Below are positions 43,906 through 63,306 of a stretch of DNA of 64,000 nucleotides, in pieces. Origin of the DNA: Amoebidium appalachense (taxonomy: Eukaryota > Protista > Ichthyosporea); assembly GCA_963693365.1 (NCBI GenBank), contig CAVNZM010000016.1, forward strand, positions 5,634,543-5,698,542. Reading direction: 5' to 3'. Within the stretch, counting starts at the first letter, position 1, and each line of letters begins with the position of its first letter. A program made the translations under genes and the position numbers. Below the pieces are notes generated by a model, which searched no databases, was not told the origin of the DNA, and saw only the letters and a list, made by a program, of their open reading frames with translations.

Positions 43906-44630
43906 AAAATAAAAAATAATAAAAAATAAAAAAATAAAATAAATAAATAAATAAAAATAACACGCACACACACACACACACCTCCTCCACCGGGGTTCTT
44001 AAAAAAAAAATGAAAGAAAAATGAAAGTATCACATCCCACATTCTGAGAAAAGAAAATTGCAATGTCGTCCACTTCGCACACACTACTTTTTATTTAACG
44101 AACCCTTCTCATATTCCTAGTCTTATCTAACCTTGTGTGTTTTGGGGTGGTTTTATTTTTGGGGGGTTTTAACAGGTTGAAAGACATCACGGCAATCGAC
44201 ACCCTCACCAGCGCCAATGATACCAGCAACCGCACAGACACGTTCGTAAAAGGTCTATCCAAGCTCCTGTTTTCAGACTCGCCAGAGGTACAGGAACGCA
44301 ACGAGCAATACAAGAACGAGACGGACCGCATCAACGAAATTTCTGCAAAATTACTGGACGAGATATCCGGGCAGGTGGACGGGTTGTATTTTGCGCAAAC
44401 GGAGATGGAGGGGGGCAGGAAGGTGGCTTCGAGGTGGATAATGGGCGGACGTATGGAGAGGAGGAGGAGGAGACAGGCAGTGGGGGTGTGGGGGGAATGG
44501 TCTGCGTGCGTGGGGGAGTGTGGAAATAGCTATCGTACCCGTACGTGCCTGGGAGATTCTTGCGCGGTGGGTTTTGCTGTCCCCTTCCCCCTCCAACTTC
44601 TCTTTTCGGCTTCCCCCCTCTACCCCCTCA

Positions 44631-44665
<35 letters not shown>

Positions 44666-45644
44666 TGGATTTTCCTGTTAGATACCCCTTCCTCCCTCGT
44701 TTCATTGTTTCCCTGCTCACAAACACACACATACAACTCGGACACCCGACCCAACACCCAAAGACCATCAGATCTTTGCCTATTTTCGTTCTTCTGCCCA
44801 CACACCCGCTTTGTGTTTTAAACAGCGAAAAAAAAAAACCCATCTGCATTCATGAATATCCTAAAATGAGGCATGACCCCTAACCAATCAAACCCCAGGG
44901 ATTCAACAAGCAAGCGTGCCTCCGCCGCGACGACTGCTGCACCTACCTCCCGGATTCGCCCCCCTCCAACGAGCCCACGCTGTTGGTTCCCCTCTACATC
45001 AACCCGGTTGCTAGCGGCGACAAGTGCACGCAACCTGATTGGCTGAAGCTGGCAAAAGGGTGCAGGGGGGTGGTTGCTATCGTAAACCTTGATAATGGCC
45101 CCGGCAACAACTATGCCTCTTGGGCTATCCCCCAGATGCGGGTATGGAAATGATTTGCACCCACTCTCCCACCAAGTCTATCTATCCCATTTCTCTCTAT
45201 CTATCCCCATTTATTGCTATATATTATCCCAGTTATCTCTATCTATCCATCTCATTTATCTCCATCTAATTATCCCACAGATCCAATTTATCTCTATCTA
45301 TCCCACCGAGTATATCTATCCCATTTACCTCTATCTATCTATCCTATCGAGTATATCTATCCCATTATCTCTATCTATCTATCCCACCGAGTCTATCTAT
45401 CTCATCTATTTTCATATATCTATCCCACCTAGTCTATCTATTTCGTTTATTTCTATATATCTATCCCACATAGTCTATCTATCCCACCCAATCTTTTGAT
45501 TCCATTATCTCGATCTATCTATCCCACCTAGTCTATCTATCCCATATATCTAGAGATCATCTATCCCATGTATCCCACAGTCTATTCATTCCATTTTTCC
45601 TTCTGCGAGGGTGCTGGGGGGAAGGTTGGGAGGGGGAGGGGAGG

Positions 45645-45677
<33 letters not shown>

Positions 45678-45899
45678 TAGGCGAGCGCGGAAATGGAGGG
45701 CAACGACGGGATGACCAATTTTTTTAACATAACTTAGGCGGACCCAAGATATGAGTGTGATTAGTGACCAATCGGATGCAGGCATGCATGAGCTATCTGG
45801 CCAATCATGGGGTGCGCATGGTGGGCTATGTGCACACCAAGGTCACCAGCTACGACCCCTCATCGGGTGTTTACACACAGACAGGTCTCCGGTGAGTCC

Positions 45900-45973
<74 letters not shown>

Positions 45974-46020
45974 GAATCTTTTTTTTTTCCTTAAAAAAAT
46001 AAGGCTCACACAAGTACACA

Positions 46021-46065
<45 letters not shown>

Positions 46066-46198
46066 AAAAAAGAAAAGAAAAGATAAAATTAATGAAAAGA
46101 ACCACAACCAGCCACTAATTATGGGCATCTTCCATGACGTCATTGCCCTGATTCTATTCCCTAACCCTATTCATTGATTCACGACTGATATCCCCCCC

Positions 46199-46229
<31 letters not shown>

Positions 46230-48780
46230 AAAAAAAAAAAAACGCACACATAGGGGTTTGGATCTGGTGGGTAAGGACGTCGACGATTGGCTCCAGCGGT
46301 TTGGGGATATTCCGGGATTTTCCGGTATTTTTGTGGACGAGGTTTCCAATCCTTTCCAGCAGAACATGTGGGGTTGGAACCACATTATATACTACAAGCA
46401 GGTGAGCTATTATTTTCTGTTTTTATGTACGTTTTTCAATTGGCAGCCTCGACTATCAAACAACTACCAGGCTCTTCATTCCCCCCCCCCCCCCCCCCAC
46501 CTGCCCCCTCCCCCATCACCACCACCACCACCACCACCCACCGGTTGCCAACCCAACTTGTTCATTGCACAAATTTTCCCTTTACCTCCGTTCTTTTCAA
46601 TCTTTCTCAACAAACACACATGAATAACCACATCCTTTTGCAACCTCATCCCCCCCACCCCCCCCCACCCCCCAACTCCCCACCTTCCCTTTCTTCACCT
46701 GCTCGTTCCCACTTCCACCCCCCTCTCTCCTCCCCCCCTCATCTCCCACCCGGAATCTAGTCGACCCCTCAGGCACACACAAGTACACAAACACACATCA
46801 TTTTCCACTCACCACTCCCTCCCCCCAACCCACACACATACATATGTACAGCCACACACGTACACACACACATACACACACACACACACACACGTACACA
46901 CGTATACACACAAACACGCACATGTACACAGGTACACCGACCCATCCACACGTACACCCACCCTCTCACACACACGTGAACGCATACACACGTACACACA
47001 CGTACACACGCACACGTACACATGCACACACGTACACACACACACACACACACACAGGTGGTCAGCCACATCCGCAGCAAGGGCAGCAACCTAGAGGTCA
47101 TCATGAACTCTGCCGGTGCCGCCTTCCCCGAGATCTTTACTGCCTCCGATGACTATGTGCCTGCAAACACCTCCATGTTCTATGAAGACAGCATCAACAT
47201 GTGGGACCCCCCAGGTAATTTTTTCAATTCAAACCCCCCCCCCCCCCCCCCCCCTTTTCATCTGTAGCGAAGCTATACTTCTCCTGCCTAACGACATTGC
47301 CGAGTTCCATACCCTTTTCTCACATTAGAATCTGTATCTCCTGTGCTCCCTTTGCCTGCTTCCCCCCCCCCCCCCCCCCCCCCCCCCTCTCCCCCCCCCC
47401 CCTCCCCACCACCACCACCACCACCACCACCATATATACACACAAACACACAAAAAAAAAAAAAAAAAAAAAAAAGGAAAAACAAATCTGGGGGCAAACA
47501 GTTACCATAAACAACTGCACACGTGCTAATACTAACTGTCTCCATTTTTTTCACCCGTGCAGCCGGATGTACGTCTGTGACTGGCTCATCGACCTTTGGA
47601 CCCGGACCATACTGCCGGGTAGGTGTACGTGTATGGGGAGGTGGGCGGGAAGGGGGGAGGGGAGGAGGAGCCGGGGGGGGGGGGGGGGGGGGGGGAGGGA
47701 GATGGGGGGAAGGAGGAGCGGAGGGAGGGAAGGGTGGGGGCAGTTGCTACATGTACATATAAAGGGGGAGTGTATGGGTGTGTTGTGTGTGTGTGGGGGG
47801 GAGGGGGGGGGGGGGTGGAGGGCGGGGGAGAGTAGGGAAGGGTGGGGGCAGTTCCGTGTGCATATGAAGGGGGAGTGTGTGTGTGTAGGATGGGGGGGAG
47901 GGGGGGGGGGCAGGAGGGGGGTGAAGGGGGTCTACGTGTGCATATGTTCGTAACATGGAATTGATGTGTACATGGGCACATATCGGCTGTCTGTGTGCAG
48001 AGAGAAATAGGCATTCCTTGTGCTAGAAAACACGCCATTTGCTTGCTTCTTTTTAGGTTTTTAACTAATCAATATCATTGGATGGGGCACACAGTATGTG
48101 CCTGGGAAGGACGGCATCGATGGCCTGAAGACACTCATCGACAACGGCAAGACATCGGGGGCTGCAATGCTGCACGGGTACGTTGTGTCCATGACTTTAA
48201 AAGCTTTGAACGGTCGTACGTGTGTGTGCATAGAATGCTTGTCTCCTCCGTTTACCTAACTCACTATTACGCAAGGGAATTGATCCCCAACCACTATCCC
48301 AACCCAACATCCTGTCCTTCTCCACAACCCACTCTTTCTTGAAACTCTTTCTCCGCCCTGTCCCCCCCCCCCCCTCTCCCCCCCCCCCCCCGCGGGGTTT
48401 CTTCCCCATGGGGTTTGCGATTGTTTATTGACTTTCCAAATCCTTCTTTGTATAAATAAACATACCATGCTTTTTACTGTAGACTTGCCCCTTTAATTAC
48501 TGTGTTTTTAGCTCTTCGTTTCCAAGTTTTGCGTGAATACGGTGACGCCTTTGCCCCGTCATGTTCTCATGATCAATCCCAACGATGCAATCAGTCGCTG
48601 ACAATGCACCAATCAAATCACAGGGTTGACGGGTGGGCGGCGATGCAGAGTGTGCAGCAGACCAGCCACTACAAGATGAGATACCATTATGCATCAGATA
48701 GGAGTCTGGCCTCACAGCCATGGGCTGCACTCCCCCCGTATTTCGAGGAGATATTGAAGAAAATTCAGGCTGCAAGCTGA
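40653..48780 (+). CDS. Secreted modular glycoside hydrolase: signal peptide, 2 Cys-rich hevein-like repeats, PAN/Apple, TSP1, spherulin-4/GH135 (Sph3-like) domain
   Basis: Exons 40653-40758 (signal peptide MARNKQLGLLLFLLGCVICAAA), 41754-41924 and 42697-42858 (WRxDxRCG...CNPD...PCCS..G.C....C...DYR twice), 43137-43326 (PAN-like TVEECKKAC...CSGFTW...C), 44176-44566 (RRRRRQ then WGEWSACVGECGNSYRTRTC), 44899-~45141 (LLVPLYINP, AIVNLDNGPG), ~45782-45891 (VRMVGYVHT), 46254-46401 (SGIFVDEV), 47058-47214 (VIMNSAG, FYED), 47563-47618, 48095-48177 and 48624-48780 (YASD..QPWAALPPYF, TGA). The phase of the 45141/45782 junction is unresolved. A probable 5' UTR intron lies at ~40252-40624. Confidence 0.8.
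45175..45580. repeat. Degenerate (TATC)n / CTATCTATCCCAC minisatellite inside a GH135-gene intron
   Basis: Repeated TCTATCTATCCCA[C/T] units. Confidence 0.8.
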
Positions 48781-49863
48781 AATATCTAAAGTTAAATTTT
48801 GAATTAAAATGTAATTTTTTTTGATTTTATTTAAAAAACGTGCTTGTACCAGTTGATTTTTCACTCGAGACTGTTTTGATAGTCAAAGATGATAGGCTCT
48901 GCTCTAGCGAAGTAGCAGTAATTTTATACAGATCAAAGCGGTATAATGGACCGCATTGTAGGACCATGTTGTGCTATTCAGCAGGGATAGCAGGGATTTT
49001 AACGCAATATAATGGTTGGTTAAGGCACCATGTATGTATGGGAATCCGCATGCAGTTGCACAAAATGCACTAAATAAGGTAACTTCAGGTCCGAGAGGCG
49101 GTTTGAAAGCTGCGCCTTGCGCAGGATTTTTATTATCGGTCACTGTCTATTGATACTTCCAATTCGAGCAAGCAGAATATGCCAGGTTACCGTACAGTAT
49201 GCTAAACCCGAACAAATACGTGCTACCAATGAGATCCAATGAGATCTCGTGAATAAAGCTAATTAATAACAAAGCACTTTATGGTTGCTGATATTAAATA
49301 TCACCAAGCCGAGTCAACTGGGTTTCTCTCTCTTTCTGCCTTCCCCCCCCCCCCCCCCCCCCTCCCCTCAACCCCACCCCTCCCCCCCCCCCCCCCCCCC
49401 TACCCCCCTCCCCCTATCCAGTGCATGTACGCTGCAGTGCTCACGTAGTGGATGCAAACCCAAACCGTCATCTGTCTCCAAAACTGTACAGGACATGGCT
49501 ACAAAACAAAAACGAAGTCATAGTAATGCCAAATACATGCATTACACACGTGTGTTACAAGGCGATCTGCTTAAGGGCCCCTTAAGGTAGTTACACGATG
49601 GTAAACAGGTAGGAGGGGGAGGATGGAGGGGAGATGGGGAGGGGGAAGGGGGAGGGGAGATGGGGGAGGGGAGCGGGTGGAGGCCGGGGGATCACAGACA
49701 AATTGTCCTCAACAAAAATACATACAATCACACACACGTGCAGATACGTGCACATATACATAAAATTCATAGCTATAGAGCACACAACAAGCACACGCAC
49801 ACGAATGCACTCGATCACGGGCACACAGGGCACACACACACACACACACTCGACACAAACAAA

Positions 49864-49913
<50 letters not shown>

Positions 49914-49956
49914 CACACACATGCATACACACACACATACACACACACACACACAC

Positions 49957-50015
<59 letters not shown>

Positions 50016-50581
50016 GAATTTTTTTTTTTTTTTTTTTTTTTTTTGGGGGGGGGGGGGGGGGGGGAGGGGGGAACAGGAAAAGGATGTCATATCATGTACA
50101 CTGTATATGCTCACATGGCCGCGGCAATTTTCAATTTGGTTTTTGTTGATTTTTTATTTTGCTGTGACTCCAACTTTCACCAGGAGCCCATGTCCTTCAC
50201 GTTTCGAAGATTTACAGGAGCCCGTTATCAATATCGCTACTATACGACTACAAGCCCTTGTTGCTCGTTTTAGACTTTTCCAGACACAAGCAATTATGTG
50301 CACATAATTTTGACCTCAAAGGCTATCAAAGCATTTAGTGTTCTCTAGGGTACAAACATAAAGCATCCAGGATGGCCATTTGTTCCTATTTGTTACCAAC
50401 AAGCCAAATCCCCCCCCCCCTCCCCCCCCCCCCCCCACACACACAAAAAAAAAAAGATAAAAAACAAAGACCACACACACTCCCCCCCCCCCCCCCCTCT
50501 CCCCCCCCCCCCCCCCCCCCCCCTCACAAACCCACCCGCCCACCCTACCATTATCACCATAGCATGCACGCACACACACAT

Positions 50582-50631
<50 letters not shown>

Positions 50632-50768
50632 CATACCAGCTCACATGCATTCTCGCACGAAAGGCCCCTCTCCACACCAAAAAAGTAAAGCCCCCCCCCC
50701 CCCCCCCCCCCGGGGGCCCCCACCCCCCCACCCAGTACACACACACCAACAGACACCCAATGAAGAAC

Positions 50769-55839
<5,071 letters not shown>

Positions 55840-56379
55840 TTTCTGGTTTGAAAATTTGGAAACTTCAGCACCCAACTCAGTCTCCAAACTTCTGACATAA
55901 CAAGCCTGCCAACAGCCCTCTTTGAAAGCGCGAGGCTGCCATATATGGACTCATCAGTTAAGTTTGATTGGTTTTCCGAGCATCAACGTAGACTAAAACT
56001 CACTGTTTCTTTCAGATATCGCTTATACTTTTTAAGAAATGAGCTCGCAGAATAATCCGAATGATTCTGGCACGAATAGTCACTGGGTCACAATGAGACT
56101 TTTTACCTCCACCCACTTCTCTCCTCTCTTTTATTTGGCTCCTGGTGCCTCCGTCTCCTACCCCCTCCCCCCCCCCCCCCACCCCGCCCCCCCTTCCCCC
56201 CCCTACACCCCCTCCCATCCCTCCCTACTGGCCCTCGTCATCCCTCCTACTACCTGATCTTTATTTACGATGGAGCACGTACTGAACTTTACAGGTAACG
56301 AGCTTCTAGACACACTACACCGACGAAGGAAAGAACTTCCTTCAACCTGCCCGGTATGCAGAAGACAACCGGATGAAAG

Positions 56380-56653
56380 CATCCACGGTTTTTTTTTGGT
56401 CCTTTGTGCCTAATGTGCTCCCCCCCCCCCCCCCCCCGGGCCCCCCCCCGCCCCCCCCTCCCGGAAAAAAAAAAAAAAAAAAAAAAAAGAAAAAAGAAAA
56501 GAAAGAAAGAAAAGAAAAACGTTTTTCTTTTCTGCCAAGTTCTTTTTTTTTCTTCTTCAATTTTTTGCCTCAACAATGCGCAGCTTACCCACCCGGGACA
56601 CACAAAAACGACGGCTAATAGCAAAAGAAAAGTGCTCCTGATGCCTTTCTGAG

Positions 56654-56689
<36 letters not shown>

Positions 56690-56725
56690 GCTTGTATGGT
56701 CACTTCCGTTAGGCTTGAAAGTTAC
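56380..56725. repeat. Diverged duplicate of 61590-61915 (partial third copy ~57420-57560)
   Basis: Shared ordered blocks: GGT[C/T]CTTTGTGCCTAAT, TTTGCCTC.AC.ATGC.CAG, CGGGACAC...AAAAC.ACGGC, AAAGTGCT, TTCTGAG, TTGTATGGTC..TTCCGTTA. Confidence 0.7.
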
Positions 56726-57099
56726 TCTAAAACAATGGGAAATAAACGGATACACAGTGATAAACAGTTACGCATACACGTTTAGTCTCCCACGAAGTAG
56801 TCGCATATACACACAGCATTTATTACCCCGACAACCCATAATGTTTGGCTTGAAAAGATCACCGGATTGTTGCGGTTGTTTGGATGTTTGTAATGCTCAG
56901 TATATTCTGGCAGTGCAAATTAGAAATTAAGTCAAAATAGAACAGATCACTCCTTGCATTTTGATTCGCTGGGAATCAACGACGCATATTACTGATCGCC
57001 GTCCCACAATCAAGGCCTCCCACAATCAAATGCTTTTCCTGCGCCCATATAAAAGCAGCCGCAGATTGATTTCCTTCAGCACCGCAGCAAGGCCCAGTG

Positions 57100-57292
57100 G
57101 GGCGCCAGGTGAGGGGTCTCTAGCAAGCTACGCTGATTGCGGCAGAGCAGACAGGCCTACCCAAAGCCCCCTCAAGGCGCAGGGAGCGGTACTGGGCGCC
57201 ACCAGGTAAGGGGTAGGCCAGTCACTCTAGCAAGCTACGCTGATAGCGGCAGAGCAGGCAGGCCTACCCAAAGCCCACTCAAGGCGCAGGGA
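57100..57292 (+). repeat. Two GC-rich, self-complementary tandem units (core offset 107 bp) between a TATA-like box and a long T run
   Basis: The core CTCTAGCAAGCTACGCTGAT[T/A]GCGGCAGAGCAG[A/G]CAGGCCTACCCAAAGCCC[C/A]CTCAAGGCGCAGGGA occurs at 57118 and 57225. Confidence 0.8.
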
Positions 57293-57584
57293 GAAGCACG
57301 GGGAGAACCTTTTTTTTTTTTTTTTTTTTTTTTTTTTGCATTACCTATAAATTATTCTTCCTCCGTGTTGTGTGTGGATCACAGCCAGGGAAGGGTGGAG
57401 CCATTTTTTAACCCTGCTGACAAACGCTGGCTAAAAAATGTGCTCCTTTTCTGAGACTTTTTTTTTTTTTTTGTAAGCTTTTTCCCGTTATCATGTGCGG
57501 TTTGCATCGCTAAGGTCGAAGATAATAATGTTCATTCACCCACACACCCACACACTTAAGCTTACTCAGATGCGTGCTCTCGCG

Positions 57585-57683
<99 letters not shown>

Positions 57684-58419
57684 CCGTGTGACAACTTTGT
57701 ATATACACACGCCACGCAAACTCCTTTCATTCTCCCTCCCTCTCTCCGCGCGCGCCCTTCCCCCTTAATATACACACCTAGGTATTCTCCCGCCGCCCCC
57801 CCCCCCACCCCCTCCCCCCCCCCCCCCCCCACACACACACATACACACACACATAGAGACTCGCAAAAGCAGCATACGTGTGCTCGTGCACGCGTACACA
57901 TTGTCAATCCACACATACACACAGAAACACACACACACACACACACACATGTGGCCACAGGCACATGGCAGTCAAACACGTACGCGCCCACACAAACACA
58001 CACACATGCACTCAAACATGGCCACGTGCAGTCCCGTCGATCACTTGCATACTCACCACAAAACTTTAGTAACAGACATAACCCTATCTCTTGCCGGCAC
58101 GGTGAAATCAGGTTGGCTTGTGCATGCTGGCCGGTAGGCTTGGGAACGCCATTGTTCCCAGAACATTTCTCAGAATAACACCCTGGCGGACTTGTATCCG
58201 CCCGCACGCATGGGCATGGACACGCACCCACACACACAAACTGACACATATAAATATAGTGGGGACTCAGACTGAAAAGGTATGCATATGACATGTACTT
58301 GACGCACCCACACACACACATGCACACACTGTGCTTACACATACACACGCGCACACACACACACACACGCGCGCGCACACGCACACACACACACACACAC
58401 ACGCACACGCCACACGCAT

Positions 58420-58520
<101 letters not shown>

Positions 58521-58916
58521 TACATACACAAACCCACATCGCGACATTTTTGATGATGCCTTGCCATTATTTATTGTTTTTATCGCTCAAGCGTCCATCT
58601 CTTGCTATTAAAGTTCGCAATTTTTCCAAGCCTTTAGGTATACCGCAAATCATATACTAGTCTCTTGACCAATTCCACCCCCCTCCCCCTTCCCCTCCTC
58701 CCCCTATACACACATACAAAACAAGCAAAGGCCGGGAAAGAAATAGGTGCCACCACTCACTTGTCCGATTTCCTTCTCTCATTCAAAGAGCGTTTTACAC
58801 ACAAGATCAAGCGCACAAAGAACCACTTTTGTGCTTGAACACAACTCACAGACACACATACACGTATCTCTCATACAAGCACACACACGCCCACGCACAC
58901 CCACCCACCCACCCAC

Positions 58917-58962
<46 letters not shown>

Positions 58963-59427
58963 TTGTATCCCCGCTATCGAGTTATGACCTATCAAATTCG
59001 CGGATTAGCCAACGCTATTGAATTTTGGATATAATAAGGCGTGTTTGACCATCGATTGACACCTCACTTCACCGATTGCCGTGTAGGCTATATCATTGTT
59101 TACAGTGTCCATTGCAACACATAGCCATACACCGGCTCGAACCAGTTCGTATATAGCTACTTGGGACGCCTAAGGCAGGGACTAAGTCCGCTAGTTTGTA
59201 TTGTTCTACATTCTAGACCAACGCTTAGCTAATGAACGTGTGGTGATGCGCTTCTTAGGTCACCGTTCATTTAGGTGTAACTAACGTTGGCAGAGCACCC
59301 TTGTAAGCTCACTGGTTCTTATTACACTGCTTGTACACGGTATAATCTATAAATATATGGTCAACCAGCCCGATTATTATTATTTATCACTCTCTGTCAT
59401 CTATTTCCCTTCTATTTCCCCTCTACA

Positions 59428-59505
<78 letters not shown>

Positions 59506-59569
59506 AAACACGCACGCACACACACACACACACAAAAAAAAAAAACACCGATCCACCCACCCACCCACC

Positions 59570-59603
<34 letters not shown>

Positions 59604-60030
59604 TGCGCGCACGCACACACACACGCGCACGCACACACGCAAGCACGCATACACACACGCGCGCGCGCCCGCTTACTGGCCCAAGTCACACTCTGGCCTA
59701 ACTCAGGCCAAAATTGCAAAAAACAATAAAACTTTGCTATGGAAGCAACGAAGAATGAAAATGAATGTCAAAGGGCTTCCAGAAGAAAGAAGAGAAAGGG
59801 AAAGTCAATCCTGGGTTGAGCCGTTGCTCGGTGATGGCTGAGATTTCCACCAATCAGATAGACGGAACTCGGTCTGCTGTCTCCAGCTGCAGATGCCATT
59901 CCTCCTCTAACCACCCCATATGATCATGAAGAAAGACGATCTTAATCTCACGCTCATTTCTCCTCCCTCAAGAACCACCATCACCAAAACACACGTACAA
60001 ACACACACACACTGTCGCACACACACTGTC

Positions 60031-60084
<54 letters not shown>

Positions 60085-60123
60085 AACGCACACATACACT
60101 CACGCACACACACACACATAACA

Positions 60124-60189
<66 letters not shown>

Positions 60190-60287
60190 AACGCACACAT
60201 ACACTCACGCACATACACACACATACTCACACACACACACACACACACACACGCACGCGCGCGCACACACGCGCACACACATACACG

Positions 60288-60348
<61 letters not shown>

Positions 60349-61596
60349 CGCGTGCGCGCACACGGGCGTTCCCATCGAGACAAGTCCTCCAACCTCTTTG
60401 TCCCGAAACAGCAACACCTACCCACTGGCAGGCCTTTTCCTGCATCCCTCCCCCCCCCTCCCCCTGCTACCCCGTTCCCCTCCCCTTTCCCTCCTCCCCT
60501 TTCCCTTGTCCCCCCCCCCGCCCAAAAAAAGAAGAAGAGGAAGAAGAAGAAGAAAGAAAGTTCAAAAAAAAAAAAAAGTGCCACAGTTACCGTGAGACCC
60601 CCCCACACACCCCTCCCTCCCTTCCCTCCCCCTTCCCTCCCCCCCCCCCCCCCCCCCCCCCCCCCCCACCACCCCTTGCACACACACACATATCCCTGAT
60701 GGGTCAAGGCCGAAAGCTGCCGATAAGACATCATAAGGTCAGACACAAACGTTTCGGTAATAGGCATTTCCATATTAGGCACCTTCCATCTTAGGCACAC
60801 AGTTCCAGGTAAGAGGCAAGAGACACGGTTACTAGGTGCAAAAGTTCGTATTCACATAAGTTGAATAGAACATAGCCTGCTTGCGACAGTGCGCATTCCT
60901 ACAAGTGTCTATCCCGCCACCCCATCTTCATTTCTATCAGTAACCATTTCCTCCGTATACCCCCCTCCCCCCTCCCCCCACCCCCACCTTCGGTCTGTCC
61001 TTTGCTGTCATACAGCCCATCACCATCCATTTTTCCATCTATCCATTACCAGGTAATGCCCCCTCCCACCCCTGGGCGGCCCGCGACCATCACTAACACC
61101 GTTGAATTCCCTTGCACACCTCACCTCCTCCCTTTCACAGGCACGAAAACACCTGCCCGATTTTTTGTCAGTGACTCCTCCCCCAACCCCCTCCCCCCCG
61201 TTTTCCTTGTTGTCCCTCTTCCCCTTACAAACCCTCCCCCCCCCCCCCCCCCCCCCCCCTTCCAGTTCACCTAAGGCTTCACGGTCCCTCTTCCCCCCGT
61301 CCCGCCTCGTCCTATTCCCCGTCCCGTTACCCAACACACACCCACACGGAAACACGCACACACACACACACATGCACACACCCACCACCCACCCACCCAC
61401 CCACACACACACACACACACACAAGCACAAGTACACACACACGCACACACACACACACACTAGCTAACCTCTGTCCCTTGAAGTTTGCTGCCCAGTAGTC
61501 GGACATGTAAAAATATACACGAAACACACCACAGTAGCAGCATGCACATAGGATCACCTGGGGCGAAAAAAAAACAGCCGGAGGAGTGTGTTCATG

Positions 61597-61631
<35 letters not shown>

Positions 61632-61648
61632 GTTCTTTGTGCCTAATA

Positions 61649-61706
<58 letters not shown>

Positions 61707-62072
61707 CAACACAAAAAAAAAAAAAGGGAAATTTTTTTTTTTCTTGACCACGTTGTTTCCTTTTCTTCTTTTTCTTTCTTTGCCTCGACCATGCACAGTT
61801 TACCCATGCGGGACACCTCAAAACAACGGCGAAAGTGCTGCTCAAACTTTTCTGAGGCTTTTTTTTTTTTTTTTTTTGATTGTATGGTCCTTTCCGTTAT
61901 TTCCCTTCAAAGTTTTACTTGGCAATGCCTATACTTCTCTAACTGCATGTGCGGTTTGCGTTGACCAAAGGTCGATGATAATGCTCACTCATTCACACAC
62001 TCGCACAATTAATCACTCAGATGCATGTTTGCGCATGCAGTGTACATGGCATCCCACAACCGTAGCTGTGTC

Positions 62073-62166
<94 letters not shown>

Positions 62167-62262
62167 CGTGTGCGTGTACGTGTGTACGTGTGTGTGTGTG
62201 TGTGTGTGTGTGCGTGTGCGTGTGTGCGCGACACTGTGCGTGTGTGCGTGTGTGTGTGTGTC

Positions 62263-62331
<69 letters not shown>

Positions 62332-63010
62332 ATGTGTGTGTGTGGGCGCGCGCAAGGCATGTAAGTTTCCACAGTCACATGATCACGGCATATCTACCAC
62401 CATATTTTGCCTTAAGGTTTCGGACACACCTGCTGTTTTTTTGCCTCCTACTCAAACTTTGCACACTTACCACACACACGCACGCATGCACACACACACG
62501 CATGCGCACACACACACACACACGTACACACTCACACAAGTTGACATACACAAGCACAGACACACACACACCTTTCTATTGAATTACCAGCCGTTGATTC
62601 TTTGCCAAGCATCACCTCTTCACTAACGTTAACCCTCTTTTTTTCCCACTTTGCTTCATCCCAAAGTCTTTTCATTTGCCTTTCCCCCAAAGGCCGGGAT
62701 ATATCACGACACATCTAATCTTGATCAGAATATTACGGTAATGTGACGACGGAAATCCATGAGCTCGAATACCTTCGAACTTCATTATAATATTTCTCAT
62801 CATTATTGTTTTTTCGGTTGTAATATCCCCCAATAGTTTCTGGTTTTTGACTTTGTTGAGTTCCGGAAAGGGTGATGTATATATCTCGCCCTATCAGTGA
62901 CCCGCTGATTATCACAAGATATATCATGTACACATGAAATCCGCCACCGCATATAGCAAATGATAATCGTGATATTTTTGCAAGTCCCCCCCCCCCCCCC
63001 CCCCCCCCCC

Positions 63011-63046
<36 letters not shown>

Positions 63047-63266
63047 AAAAAAAAAAAAAAAAAAAAAAAAGGAGCGATCGCAGAGTCGGGCAGGTGACTC
63101 GTGGGCAAGGAAGTCAAGGAGGTATGTAGGTGGACTCCGGAACATGGGGGGCCATGTTGGTGGGTGTGTGTGTTTGTAGAGGGTTTTTCTTTTCTCTTCT
63201 CTTCTTTTCTTTTTTTTTGGGGGGTGGTGGTGGTGGTGGCAGGCGGGCAGAGGCGCGTCTGCCGCG

Positions 63267-63306
<40 letters not shown>

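Noticed and set aside
57100-57292. Hammerhead, hairpin or HDV ribozyme or CRISPR-like call for the tandem unit
   Set aside because: No CUGANGA...GAAA core, no hairpin-ribozyme loop B, and only two units without unique spacers.
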